DNA of 64,000 nucleotides from Mobula hypostoma (taxonomy: Eukaryota). Shown here piece by piece: positions 1 through 12,274 of the stretch (positions are counted from its first letter, which is position 1; each line of letters opens with the position of its first letter). Where the stretch lies: assembly GCF_963921235.1 (NCBI RefSeq), contig NC_086097.1, positions 54,128,001 to 54,192,000 of the forward strand, given 5' to 3'. Position numbers and translations under genes: made by a program. The notes under the pieces were generated by a model that searched no databases, was not told where the DNA came from, and saw only the letters and a list, made by a program, of their open reading frames with translations.

Positions 1-1635
1 TGAATTGGATGAAGGCATTGATGGCTTTGTGGCCAAATTTGCAGATGATACAAAGATAGGTGGAGGGACAGGTAGTGTTAAGGAGGCAGGGTGTCTGCAA
101 AAAGACTTAGGTAGATTGGGAAAACGGGAGATCTAGAGATCAGAGATCTAGACACCCAGGAACTTGACACTGCTCACTCTCTCCACTTCTGATCCCTCTA
201 TGAGGATTGGTATGTGTTCCTTCGTCTTACCCTTCCTGAAGTCCACAATCAACTCTTTCGTCTTACTGATGTTCAATGCCAGGTTGTTGCTGTGACACCA
301 CTCTACTAGTTGGCATATCTCACTCCTATACACCCTCTTGTCACCACCTGAGATTCTACCAACAATGGTTGTATCATCAGCAAGTTCATAGATGGTGGAT
401 GGTGTTTGAACTATGCCTAGCCACACAGTCATGTGTATACAGAGAGTAGAGCAGTGCGCTAAGCACACACCCCTGAGTTGCGCCAGTGTTGATCATCGGC
501 GAGGAGGATATGTTATCACCAATCCACACAGACTGTGGTCTTCCGGTTAGGAAGCCGAGGATCTGATTGCAGAGGGAGGTACAGAGGCCCACGTTCTGCA
601 ACTTCTCAATCAAGATTGTGGGAATGATAGTATTAAATGCTGAACTATAGTCGATGAACAGCATCCTGACATAGGAACTTGTATTGCTTAGGTGGTCTAA
701 TGCCATGTGAAGAGCCATTGAGATTGCGTCTGCCGTTGACCTATTGTGGCGATAGGCAAATTGCAAAGGGTTCAGGTCGTTGCTGAGGCAGGAGTTCAGT
801 CTAGTCATAACCAACTTCTCAAAGCATTTCATCACTGTCGATGTGAGTACTACCGGGCAATAATCATTAAGGCAGCCCACATTATTCTTCTTAGGACTGT
901 TTTCCAAATGGGGACAAAATTCAGAAATCAGAGTTGCAAAGAGACTTGGGAGTCCTTGTGCAGGGTTCCCTGGAGTTTAACTTGCAGGTAGAGTTGGTGG
1001 TAAAGAAGGCAAATGCAACGTTAGCATTCATTTTGAGAGGGCTAGAATATAAGAGCAATGATGTAATGTTGAGGCTTTAGAAGGCCTTGGTCAGACTGCA
1101 CTTGGGGCATCGTGAGCAGTTTTGGACCCCTTATCCAAGAAAGGATGTGTTGGCATTGGAAAGGGTCCAGCAAAGCTTCACAAGAATTATCCCAGCAATG
1201 AACGGTTTTATATATGAGGAGCTTTTGATAACTCTGGACCTGTACTCGCCGGAGCTTAGAAGAATAAGGAACGTCTCATTGAAACCTAGAGAATATTGAA
1301 CAGGTTAGATAGAGTGGATGCAGAGAAAAAGTTTCTTATAGTCGGGGAGTCTAGGACCAGAGGGCACAGCCTTAGAATAGAGGGACATCCATTTAGAAGA
1401 GAGATGAGGAAAATTTTCTTTCGTTAGAGGATGGTGAATCTGTGGAATTCATTGCCACAGATGGCTGTGCGGGCCAAGTCACTGGGAATATTGTAAGTGG
1501 AGGTTGATAGCTTCTTGACTAATCAGGGCAAAAAAGGTTACGGTGACAAGGCAGGAGAATGGGGTTGAGAGTGATAATAAATCAGTCTTTATGGAATGGT
1601 GGAGCAGAGATTCTGTTCCTATGTCTTATGGTCTT
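1..1635 (+). mobile_element. CR1 LINE 3' part (RT C-terminus and 3' UTR), interrupted by a Rex1 fragment at ~150-895
   Basis: 1-128 translates DEGIDGFVAKFADDTKIGG; from ~896 typical CR1 motifs (LVRLHL..QFWTPY.RKDVLALERVQ); ends in CR1-type tail cctatgtcttatggtctt. Confidence 0.9.
150..895 (-). mobile_element. Rex1/Babar LINE RT fragment
   Basis: ORFs 386-907 and 148-468: [68 protein letters not shown]. Confidence 0.9.
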
Positions 1636-2438
1636 CTGATCACATATAATGGGCGGGAAGTTAGATCACATTCCACTGCTTACTTCAATGCCTCCTGATC
1701 AAAAATATATTTGATATTGTGTGAAGTATATCAATGGCAATTTCCAGGGTATCTTACATCAGCTACAAACTTAGCTCTAATTTCATGTTTTGAGTTACGC
1801 TTCCATTTCTGGCAATTTCCAAGATAGTCACTAATCAAGTTCATTTGTTCCCAGACAAGATGCCTCTTGGAGCACTGCTAGCAACTCCTTGGAATGACCA
1901 ACCCCCACACAGCACTGTGCACACACTGGGATCCAAATATATTAACTCCCACACTTGTATTCTGTCTTTGTGAATTTTACTCATGGAACTGACACCCTTA
2001 AACACCAGCCTCAACCTGCAAACCTGGAAGGCCGATAACCCCTTTGATTCCAGTCCTCTAGAACTCCCTAAGTCCCTCAAAGAGGTTCTGAGCTTTCCTG
2101 CTCAGGTCCCAGGTTCCTGATCCAAATCGCACCACACTTCACTCCCTGACCAAGCACCACTCACCAACCCTCACTCCCGCATCCTCCCAACCTCATTTAT
2201 AAATAATAGGCTTTCATTCCCGAGAAAATCCACCAGCTAATGGGTGATGCTGAGGCCTTTGCCTCTGATTTTTACTGACCAGTCTACTGCCATGCACCGC
2301 AATGTCCTTACTCTGATCTGAAAACGTTGTCTTCACGAATTTCACGGTGACTTTTCCATTGCCCACACTGAACATTTTTGTGTAGCCACAATGATAGACA
2401 TTGGATGTTTAGCAGTCACTCTCAGGCACTGTACATAA

Positions 2439-4722
2439 GGGCAATTCGTTAATTAGGATAACTTTTCTGTCCCTGGGGTAGATTTTCAAGAAAAAACTAT
2501 TTTTTACAAAAACAACAACTGTAGTTTTAAAAGTCAGGTAATAGTAACTCTAAACCTTTTCAGTATTTTTCATAAATAATATTTTCTTAATTTTTGTGAA
2601 TTAAAAACTTGAATGTGCCAGAATTTCACTATTTTGGGCTTGTCCCCTGCCCAGACTATAACCTTGTCTTCAAAATAAAGTAATAATAAGTATTAAATTC
2701 TTGAAACTTCTAGTTTGTATTTTCTCGCAGGAACTTTTAGAACACATGTCAAATTCATGTGGGTTATTTTTTGTGCAATTTGTACATTTTTTATGACAAA
2801 GAACTGCTGTCATCTGATATTTAATGTGGAGACTCATAAAATATTTTGAGGCTTTTGTGGATATCTACCAGTATATGCCACTCTTAAGTAGCCTCTGACA
2901 ACCAAGTCCAGCTCCGGACCTTCAAGTGTGGCTTAGCTACTAAGCCCAGTGGAACCATTTCTACTGTCAGAAGTGGCAAAAGCATATTACCTTCATCATT
3001 ATTACCAATACGCAACACGTTTTAGAGATGAATCAAGTTTTTTCAAACAACTGCTAATGTGGTGGACATTAAAATAGAGAAGTGACAGGGGAGCATGTGG
3101 CTGTCATGACAGAAGACTGACATTTTGATGTTCAGAAATGTGAGTGATTTAAAGATTCATGCTTCCGGATCTGAGAGTGTGTTTACTATGTGTTATTACC
3201 AAACGAGTTAATATTTGAGTGTTACAACTGAGAAATAAATAACTTCATTTTATTTCTGTATATTAAAATTACACTCCCAAGCTAACTATCCAGTCGAGGT
3301 AGCAAGCACGAGAGTTAACCAACTTTTCCTTTAAAAAGTGAGAAATGTCACTACCATCACACAACTGGCGAAGTTGTCAAGATGGCCCCAAAATCATCAG
3401 CAGTTAGATGAAAAAAATCAGAGACAAAGTTAAAGAAGACCCAGTGAAATATCAGCAGTACCTTGAAAGAGAAAGAGAGACACACAAAACATGGAGACAG
3501 GAAAACTTAAGAACATTTCACAATTACCGAAGCACAAACAGAGACTGAAGGGACTGCAGTGGAAAAGGACTGCTGATAAAGAAAGGGCAGGCAGTATGAA
3601 GTTTTACAGCAGAGAATACCCAGCCAGAATCTCCAGTGGGCCAGCAACAAGAACAGAATGACCTCCATCTTCCTTAGGCTTCACCTCTGCACTAATGGAG
3701 ACCACAAAAAGGTGCTTTAAATTTCAAAAGTTACTTTTCTTTAGAGTTGTTGAGGTTTCTGTGAATGCTCCATAAGTCTTACTGATAAAAAAGTGTGTAG
3801 AGGGTTGAGTAAAGGTTTTGTCAGTATTAAAAAAGTGTACACCTTTATGAACAGTTGAAAACTAATGATCTCTATAATCTGTTTGAAATTTGAATAGCTG
3901 TTTATCCCAGAGTTGGGGAGGGTTAGGCAGATGTTTCGTAAGCATTTTTTTTATTATCAAGACTAAACGACATCTAGTTTAGCTGGGCTGCCTATGTTCA
4001 TGTTTCACATGAATGTCTTTAACAAAGTTCTCTAGCCGCCTGCCTTAAAAGCTGTGATTTCTTATGGTATTTTGATAAATAGGATGTGTTTTTAATTCTA
4101 AGTGTTGCTTCTTCTAGTTAGACAGACGTTTTGTCAGACTCAATGTTAAACTAAAACCATTGTTTGTCAATGTCAAAAGTATTTTGTCATTACCATCACA
4201 GTGCATATTTTGATGGAATGAAAGTATTGTTTAGCAGTATTGATCTGAACTCATTTCCTGGAGTCAAGTGCTTTGATGCCAAAATCAGCATTCTGTCAAA
4301 AAGGGTTAAAATTCCGATAGACTAATTAGCAAACAAGTGTTTTCTTGTTTAGCCAACAAACATATTGGCACACTTAAGAAAATGTGTCTCAAAAATATAT
4401 TCTGAATGTACTTCAAAATGAGTTAAAACTAATTTCTTAAAGAGCATGGTTCTTATTCGCAAGATTGACTTTGAAATCCTTGTTTGTCATTTCATTTTAA
4501 ATTAAATTCAGTTTTTTGATTGTGCGATGGTAATGACACTCATCCATGAAAACTCTGCAAAGTGTCCTAAAATATAAAAGTTCTCTTTAAGTTCTCTTCA
4601 AGATCTGGTCTTCATTCCAGAGCCTAAAATGAAGGTTACAACATAAACAAAACAGAGCGTCGAGAAATTTCATTTTTCAGAATTTCAAGTTGCCAAAAGT
4701 GCCACAAATTGAAGAATCACCT
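2439..4722 (+). mobile_element. Probable decayed non-autonomous DNA transposon (Sola-like)
   Basis: Imperfect terminal inverted repeats (gggcaattcgttaatt / aattgaagaatcacct) with 4-bp flanks ataa/gtaa. Internal motif TGTCAYTACCATCRCA at 3346, 4185 and inverted at 4521. Broken ORF from 3382 (MAPKSSAVR..KKIRDKVKEDPVKYQQYLERERE) resembles a transposase N-terminus. Confidence 0.45.
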
Positions 4723-4782
4723 GTAAATAGTATGGGTCCAGTCCTTGAAGTAATTAAATTTCTAGTCTGAGAAGTGAAGTGC

Positions 4783-6000
4783 TGAATGAGGCCTTCCGTT
4801 GGTCTAAGTCGAACGTGGATGTTGCATCCTTGTTGTCTGTGTGCTACGCAAGCCAGGATATGAAGATATGAAGAACAACCTGTTGCCCGTGCAGCAAGTC
4901 CCCCCTTTCCATGCAGCTGATGAATCCAAAGGAATTAAACTCTTTATGTTCCAAAGGAACATAAAGAGAGCTTTTGGTACATTGGCCTTTATTAATCAAA
5001 GTACTGAGTATAAGAGCTGGAATGTTATGATGAGGTTGTATAAGGCATTGGTGAGGCCGAATCTGGAGTATTGTGTTCAGTTTTGGTCACCAAATTACAG
5101 GAAGGATATTAATAAAGTTGAAAGAGTGCAGAGAAGGTTTACAAGGATGTTGCCGGGACTTGAGAAACTCAGTTACAGAGAAGGGTTGAATAGGTGAGGA
5201 CTATATTCCCTGGAGCGTAGAAGAATGAGGGGAGATTTGATAGAGGTATATAAAATTATGATGGGTATAGATAGAGTGAATGCAAGCAGGCTTTTTCCAC
5301 TGAGGCAAGGGGAGAAAAAAACCAGAGGACATGGGTTAAGGGTGAGGGGGGAAAAGTTTAAAGGGAACATTGGGGGGGCTTATTCACGCAAAGAGTGGTG
5401 GGAGTATGGAATGAGCTGCCAGATGAGGTGGTAAATGCGGGTTATTTTTTAACATTTAAGAATAAATTGGACAGATACATGGATGGGAGGTGTATGGAGG
5501 GATATGGTCCGTGTGCAGGTCAGTGGGACTAGGCAGAAAATGGTTTGGCACAGCCAAGAAGGGCCAAAAGGCCTGTTTCTGTGCTGTAGTTTTTTCTATG
5601 GTTTCTATGGTTTTTTCTATGGAACACAGAGACCGATATAATTTGATACCAGCAGCACCGCAGGAGTTACTAGTCAGCATTGAATTCAATGTAAGACTGC
5701 CTTAAGGACTCCTGCTCCAGATTTTTACTGGGGGTTTACTCCCGAAGCCTTCCCCATGAGAGGATATACCCGCAAGGTAGCGGAGGATTGAAATCAGAGT
5801 TTTCCTTCCCCTAGATGAGCTGCCAACTTTCAACTGCCATCTGCCTGAAGCACCTGGTTTAAAGACGCCAGTAATATGGCCTTGCCTCTTCTGTCAGCAG
5901 AAATGGTTCCACTGGGCTTAATAGCTAAGCCACACTTGATGTCCAGGAGCTGGACTTGGTTGTCAGAGGCTTTGTGAGAGCTGCATATATTGGTAGATAT
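4783..6000 (-). mobile_element. Non-autonomous RTE-derived element (5' UTR plus 3' end), split by a CR1 insertion
   Basis: RTE 5'-UTR-type sequence (tcagagttttccttcccctagatgagctgcc); homologous to 2866-2990 and 32120-32347; continuous across the CR1 insertion at ggaac. Confidence 0.65.
4961..5620 (+). mobile_element. 5'-truncated CR1 LINE
   Basis: LYKALVRPNLEYCVQFWSP, MRGDLIEVYKIM; tail tttctatggtttctatgg; flanked by ggaac on both sides. Confidence 0.92.
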
Positions 6001-6942
6001 CCACAAGAGCCTAAAAAATATTTTATGAATCTCCACATTAAATATCAGAATGGCATAATTTGGAAAAGTTTAGTGTGAAGGTGTGCATGAGCTACAAGGA
6101 ATTGGATACAAGATCTGGATACAACAAAGCAAAAGGCAAGGCTTGAGAATGTCAGGAATGCTGTGCCTGTTTAGGAACTTGATTTCTTCACACCTGTGTG
6201 CCAGAATGCTGTCATATCAGGAGTGGCCCCTTATTACAAGAGGGTCAAGCACCAAGCAGACCTAATTAAAAGATCATTACATGAGACAATTTCCATTAGC
6301 ATGCCAGGCTCTGTGTTAATCCATTAGCACCATGACTCTCTTCCGAAGCTTTAAATTCCTGCTGACCCCAAGGGACAGCAAACCTGAGAAAGCCAGTCAG
6401 TGCCCTGTTTTACTCAGTGCACTTCAGTCAATTGAATTCGACTGCTCAATTTATGGATTATTTCACATGTAGAATTATTGTTCCACTATTTTTCAAAATT
6501 ACTTTAAGAAGGCAAGCCAAAGAATCAGAAATAAGAAATCTTCAATTCTCCCAAGCAGAAAGAAAATAAAGTAAGAGACATTCAAGGTAAAAACGGATGT
6601 TCAGGCAAATTTTATTAAAAAGGGACTTTCAGACAAATTCAATTGTATATATTACTATGTTTTTTGTTGCACCATTCTGGTTTTATTTGTGATATTTGGC
6701 AATGTTTAATCCCCCAAGTACTGTATGTCTTTGACACCGACAATAAAACAGTTTCAGAATTATACATAGATAATGTCTTTAGGATGAATTCTCTTCTAAG
6801 GTTGAAAATCTGTCGCATTCTCCACTAAAATGGAGAAAAATATTACAGTGGTTCTTCAATAACCCAAAGTTTACCGCAAATTAATACAACTGCCATGGCA
6901 CTCAGGGATTTGGGCTATATTATTAATTTTTCTTGTGACTGT

Positions 6943-8002
6943 ACGTTCAAAGTAAGTTTATTATCAATTTATGGTATATGTCACCATATACAACCCTGAG
7001 ATTAATTTTTTGTGGGCATACTCAATAAATCCAATAGACATAATAGAATCAATGAAAGACTGCACCAACTTGGGCATTCAACCAGCGTGTAAAAGACAAG
7101 CTGTACAAATACAAAAAGAAAGAAATAATTACAATAAATATCGAGTACATGACTTGAAGAATCCTTCAAAGTGGGTCCATTGGTTGTGGGAACATTTCGA
7201 TGAAGGGGCAAATGAAGATGAGTGAAGTTATCCCCTCCATTTCAAGAGCCTGATGGTTGAGGGGTGATAACTGTTCCTGAACCTGATGGTGTGAGTCCCA
7301 AGTCTCCTGTACCTTTTTCCTGATGGCAGCAGCAAGACGAGAGCATGTCCTGTGGGTGGAGGGGTCCCTGACGCTGGAAGCTGCTTTCCTGTGACAACAC
7401 TCCACATTGATGTGCTCAATGGTGGGGAGGGCTTTACCTGTGATGAACTGGGCTGAATTCACTACTTTTTGTAGGATTTTCTGTTCAGGGGTATTCATGT
7501 TTCTATACCTGGCTGTGATACAGCCAGTCAACATACTCTCCACTGCATAACTATAGAAGTTTGTCATAGTTTTAGATGTCATGCCGAATCTTCGCAAATT
7601 CCTAAGGAAACAGAGGTGCTGCTGTGCTTTCTTCGTAATTGCACCTGCGTGCTGGGCCCGGAACAGGTCCTCTGAAATGATAACACCGAGGAATTTAAAG
7701 TTGATGACCCTCTCCACCTCTGATCCTCCAGTGAGGGCTGGCTCCTGCCCCTCCGGTTTCCTCCTCCTGAAGTCAATACTGAGCTCCTTGGTCTTGCTGA
7801 TATCGAGCAAGAGGCTATAAACACAAAAAGGTCTGCAGAAGCTGGACATCTGAAGGTTGTTGTCACGGCACCAGTCAGCAAGATTTTCAACCTCCCTCCT
7901 ATATGCTGATTCGTCATCACCTTTAGTTTTGGCCTGTGGTGTTGTTGGCAAATTTGAATGTAACATTAGACTCATGCTTAGCCACTCAGTCCTAAATGTA
8001 AA
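6943..8002 (-). mobile_element. Rex1/Babar LINE 3' fragment
   Basis: ORF 7166-8053 contains DESAYRREVENLADWCRDNNL, ISKTKELSIDFRR, FKFLGVIISEDL, VESMLTGCITA; 3' UTR tail near 6945. Confidence 0.88.
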
Positions 8003-8276
8003 ACACGTTTTACTGCTGCTGTAATTATATGTGCTATAGGTGCCTTGTGCCACATGTGAATGTTGGTTCTGTGTTTTTCACCTCTCCCTTGGAGTAATAC
8101 TGTTTCGTCTGGCTGTATTGACGTGTGTGGTTGAATAAACTTGAACTTCAAACTTCAAACTGAGCTGAAGGTGAAGTTTTGTTCCAACTTGTTTGTGGGT
8201 ACATAATCAACAACACACTGGAAGTGCACACTAGAGTCACAAGCAAATGAAAGACCAAATGCCTAAGTGGGTTTAC

Positions 8277-8361
8277 TGTCCCCAGAACCCCAGAAGAAGA
8301 GAAATCCTGCTGAACATGGGTCAGCAGCAGCCCCTGAAGGCGTCTTGGCTCCTGATTAAAG
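8277..8361 (-). CDS. Candidate host-gene exon (85 nt, phase 2 to 0): FNQEPRRLQGLLLTHVQQDFSSSGVLGT
   Basis: Strong acceptor tttttatttttctttag, donor gtaaac, only one open frame, and its phase matches the upstream candidate exon 10969-11204. Non-repetitive sequence. Confidence 0.55.
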
Positions 8362-8896
8362 CTAAAGAAAAATAAAAACCACTTCATCGGTGGCATTGGC
8401 TAGAAACCACAACCACAGTGGACTTGGAGGATATTATTTTTACAAAGTTAAGTTGAGCCACGTATTAGCAAGCACTCAAACTGGAGCTGCTTTAGATACC
8501 TATATACGGGGCATAAGACGTACTTCAAATATTTATTGAACATGTGAACACATGAAATAGGATCGGAGTGGACCCCTAGGTCACTTGAGTTTACTCAGCC
8601 AATGCAATTGAACTTAATCTCAACTCTGCATTGTTATCTACTTTAATTTACTTGCAAATCAGAAATCTACTTCTATCTTTAAAAATCTGCAAGTGCTGCT
8701 TCCACCACCTTTTGAGGAAATTAGTTCGAAAGCTTTAGAAAAATCTGGAAGAAAATTTTCCTCATAGAAACATAGAAAATAAGAGCATTTAGCCTTTTGG
8801 GCCAGCTCCACTATTCAACACAATGATGACTAATCATTCACATTCATCCTTCATCCCTTGATCTCATCAGCATTAAGAATTACAGTACATATACTC

Positions 8897-8976
8897 CAGG
8901 GGTTCCCAGCCTTGGGTCCATGGACCCCTAGCTTAATGGTTTTTGTCCATGGCATTAAAAAGGCTGGGAACCCCTG
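8897..8976. mobile_element. 80-bp hAT-type MITE
   Basis: TIRs caggggttcccagcctt / aaggctgggaacccctg; 8-bp flanks atatactc/atataaac; second copy at 33700-33780. Confidence 0.85.
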
Positions 8977-9237
8977 ATATAAACCCTCCTTGATTACTAG
9001 ATTTTCACTGCTTGCTGTAATAGAGAATTCACCATGTTCTGGGTGAAGAAATTTCTTCTTATCTCTGTTCAAAGTTGCCTATCTTTCATCCCAAGGCTGT
9101 GACCCTTGATTCTAAATTCTCCAACCATCAGGTTTATACTTTTTGTATCTAGTCTGTCCAGTCTGGTTAAAATTTTAACAGTTTTTCAGAAATTCCTTCA
9201 CTTTCTTCTAAACTGCAATGAACATAGGCCTAATTCT

Positions 9238-10655
9238 TTGAAGAAATAACAAGCAAGATAGACAAAGAAGAATTGGTTGACGTTGCAAACTTGGATTTTC
9301 AGAAGGCCTTTGACAAGTTGCCACACAATATGCTACACATGGTATCACAAGAAAGATTCTAGCATGGATAAAGCAGTGGCTGATTGGCAGGAGGCAAAGA
9401 GTGGGAATAAAGGGAGTCTTTTCTGACTGGCTGCTGGTGACTAGTGGTGTTCCACAGGAGACTGTGTTAGGACTGCTTCTTTTTACATTATATGTCAATG
9501 GTTCGGATGATGGAATTGAAGGCTTTGTTGCAAAGTTAGCAGACAATATGAAGATAGATGGAGGGACAGGTAGTTTTTCAGAAGTAGAGAGGCTAACAAG
9601 GACTGTGTCAGGAAGTATATGGTCATGCACTTTGGTAGAAGAAATGAAAGGGTTTATTATTTCTAAATGGATAGAAAATACAAAAAAACTGAGGCACGAT
9701 GGGATTTGGGAGTCCCTGTGCAGGATCCGTGGAGGTTAATTTACAGGTTGAGTCTGTGGTGAGGAAGGCAAATATGACATTAGCATTCATTTCAAGAGGA
9801 CTGGAATATAAACCCAAGGATGTAATGTTGAGACTTTATAAGGCACTGGTGAGGCCTCACTTGGAGTATTGTGAACAGGTTTGGGCCCCTTATCTTAGAA
9901 AGGATGTGCTGTAACTGGAGAGGGTTCAAAGGAGGTGCACGAAAATTATTCCAGTATTGAACAGCTTGTCATTTAAAGAGCGTTTGATGGATCTGGGCCT
10001 GTACACACTGGAATTCAGAAGAACAAGGGGTGACTTCATTGAAACCTACTGAACAGTGAAAGGCCTTGATGCAGTGGATGCGGAGAGGATGTTCCCTATG
10101 ATGGGAGAGTCTAAGACCAAAGGGCACAGCCTCAGAATAGAGGGGTGTCCTTTTAGAACAGAGAAGAGGAGGAATTTCTTTAGCCGGGGAGTGGTGAATC
10201 TGTGGAATTTTTTGCCACTGGCAGCTGTAGAGGCCAGGTATTTATGTATATTTAAGGCAGAGGTTGATGGATTCTTGATTGGTCAGGGCATGAAGGGATA
10301 TGGGAAGAAGGCAGGAGATTGAGGAAGGAAATTGCCCTTTAAACTCACCAGAGAGCATAGGCCATCAACTTTTTGCTGTTGATGTTTCTGTAGCAGGCAA
10401 TTTCTTTTTTTACAAGGTCATGTTGCTAGCTTGGCGCTCAACCCAGCACGGATGGAAAGCGTGCCTGGGGAGCCGGCTGGGTTCGAACTCGGGAGCCTTC
10501 GCTCCAAAGTCTGGCGCTGATGCCGCTACGCCACCAGCCAGTCAGGAGATTGAGGCCGAGAGGAAAATTGGATCAGCTGTGATGAAATGGCAAAGCAGAC
10601 TTGAAGGGCCAAATGGCTTAATTCTGCTCCTATTTTTTACAGTCTTATGGTCTTA
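9238..10655 (+). mobile_element. CR1 LINE RT/3' fragment with internal deletions and a SINE insertion
   Basis: DFQKAFDK, VTSGVPQETVLG, VAKLADNMKIDGG, LYKALVRPHLEYCEQVWAPY; tail gtcttatggtctta. Confidence 0.9.
10325..10542 (-). mobile_element. tRNA-derived SINE with 13-bp TSD
   Basis: Minus strand has A box TGGCGTAGCGG and B box GAGTTCGAACC; perfect direct repeat caggagattgagg at 10312-10324 and 10543-10555. Confidence 0.9.
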
Positions 10656-10719
10656 ATTGACTCTACATATCAGGACTGCTATATTAGGGATTAGTCTAGT
10701 ACAGTAAACCTCTAAAGGC

Positions 10720-10830
10720 ATAAAAGACTGCAGATGCAGAAATCTGGAGTAAATTCAGACTGCTGGAAAAACCCAAAGGATCAAGCAACATCTGGGGAGG
10801 TAAAATGACTGCTGATGTATCAGGTCGATC
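10720..10830 (-). mobile_element. Old Penelope-like pseudo-LTR tail fragment
   Basis: ctgcagatgcagaaatctggag... resembles the tails at 46581 and 16066. Confidence 0.55.
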
Positions 10831-10968
10831 AATCAATTAAATATATCAACACAATTATTATTTATTTCAATTTGCATTTGTTATTGCAGTTGCAGGTAAT
10901 ACAGCTTCACATTACAGAAGTTCATGAGGCAGACCATCATCTATTAATATGGGGTCACCAGTACGTAC

Positions 10969-11204
10969 AAACTTTGGTGCAAAGAACATAGCTTCACCTC
11001 ATATGTCTGCTGATTTTTGACCTCCTTTTCAGACCAATAATGAAAGTCCGTTTCTACATTCACAACCTTTCTCATTGCTATTGAAGTTCCGTGTTTCATA
11101 TGCCTGTGGAAATCCGCCATCTTTGGATATATCAGGCTCACAGTGATAGAATCAAATGGAGAGCCTTCAATTTGGTCAAATTTAAGGTCAGTAAAGGACA
11201 ATGT
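10969..11204 (-). CDS. Candidate host-gene exon (236 nt, phase 0 to 2): TLSFTDLKFDQIEGSPFDSITVSLIYPKMADFHRHMKHGTSIAMRKVVNVETDFHYWSEKEVKNQQTYEVKLCSLHQS
   Basis: Acceptor catttttctcag, donor gtacgt, open frame across the whole interval (inside ORF 10944-11240), protein-like composition, no transposon motifs. Product not recognised. Confidence 0.65.
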
Positions 11205-12217
11205 CTGAGAAAAATGTCTGCTTATGTGAAACAAATTCAAAAAGTTTTACCTTCAGAACTCAAGGAAGCTGAAATGGATCAAAGTAAACAGAGACATCAA
11301 AAAGCTTTTGTAAGTTAAAAGCGGCTCTCTGTTGCCTGGATTGCCTCATTAACTGCTGATGGAGGTACCAGCTTAGCCTTCTGGGATACATAACACCCAA
11401 AGACTGTAACAAGATGAACTCTGGGTTATTTCATCTTGTACGTTCACATTCATGCTTAGCTTTAAACACTTCTTGACCTCAACCCTTTTTATATACCCAT
11501 GCTATTAACCATTTGAAGGAATGATAGATGTGCCCTTCAGAAGACCTGCCAAAAGCTGGTCATCATCAGTGAAGTAGATCAATAAAAGCTTTGCAGAAAA
11601 ACGTTAAGCTATCAATTGCAGACTCATCCCCTGGGTTTTCCTTTCCCTTCCTTCTTTCTTTCTTTAGCTAAGTGAATAGAATGAGATGGAGATCTCCCTC
11701 CTGTCCTAGGAAACGGTATCATTATCCCAGTAGGGAAACCTGTCTGAAACTGAGAGGCCTGTCTACCAGCAGTGAAATGCTGTTTCTTTGACTAGGACCA
11801 GAGGATCTCAGTACAGTGTAATGTTACGGCTCTCACAGACAGGCTGCAGGCCTGCTCCTAAAAGAGCCCATCTGGCACAGGCAGCGAATAGCAATAATTA
11901 CAAGCTGATGATGGACACGGAAAAAAAAGAACCACCGAGTTAGCTTTCATGCGCTACAGGCTGGGACTGCTGGAAAATTACAGACTGAAGCCCTTTCTAG
12001 TTCAGTCCCTTTAGTGTTCATGATTTAAACCACATCAAATTTTAAATACACCAAAGAAAGCTTAAATTTTGTGACAGACTTCGTTTAGTTCTTGTTATTT
12101 CAGGTAACTACACTTGTCTGTAAGAACCAAACCTGCATTTTGTATATTAAGGATAGAAATATAAAGCTTGTTTCAATAGCAGATAGTGCAGAAACCCTGA
12201 ATCACAATTTTACATAC

Positions 12218-12274
12218 CTGTATACAGAATGGTTTAACAGAATTTATAATTCCTTCCCCAGAACAAGAAAATAC
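12218..12274 (-). CDS. Weak candidate exon (57 nt, phase 0 to 0): VFSCSGEGIINSVKPFCIQ
   Basis: Good donor CAG|gtatgt and compatible phase with 10969-11204, but the acceptor has a poor pyrimidine tract. Confidence 0.25.

Noticed and set aside
1759..1878. Possible minus-strand exon (QCSKRHLVWEQMNL...)
   Set aside because: Reasonable donor and open frame, but no pyrimidine tract at the acceptor.
4917..4935. CTGATGA followed by a small stem, resembling a hammerhead
   Set aside because: No GAAA or cleavage triplet follows, even after removing the CR1 insertion; it is antisense to the RTE element.
10470..10542. tRNA gene
   Set aside because: It is a SINE head: it continues into a body and tail and is enclosed by a TSD.
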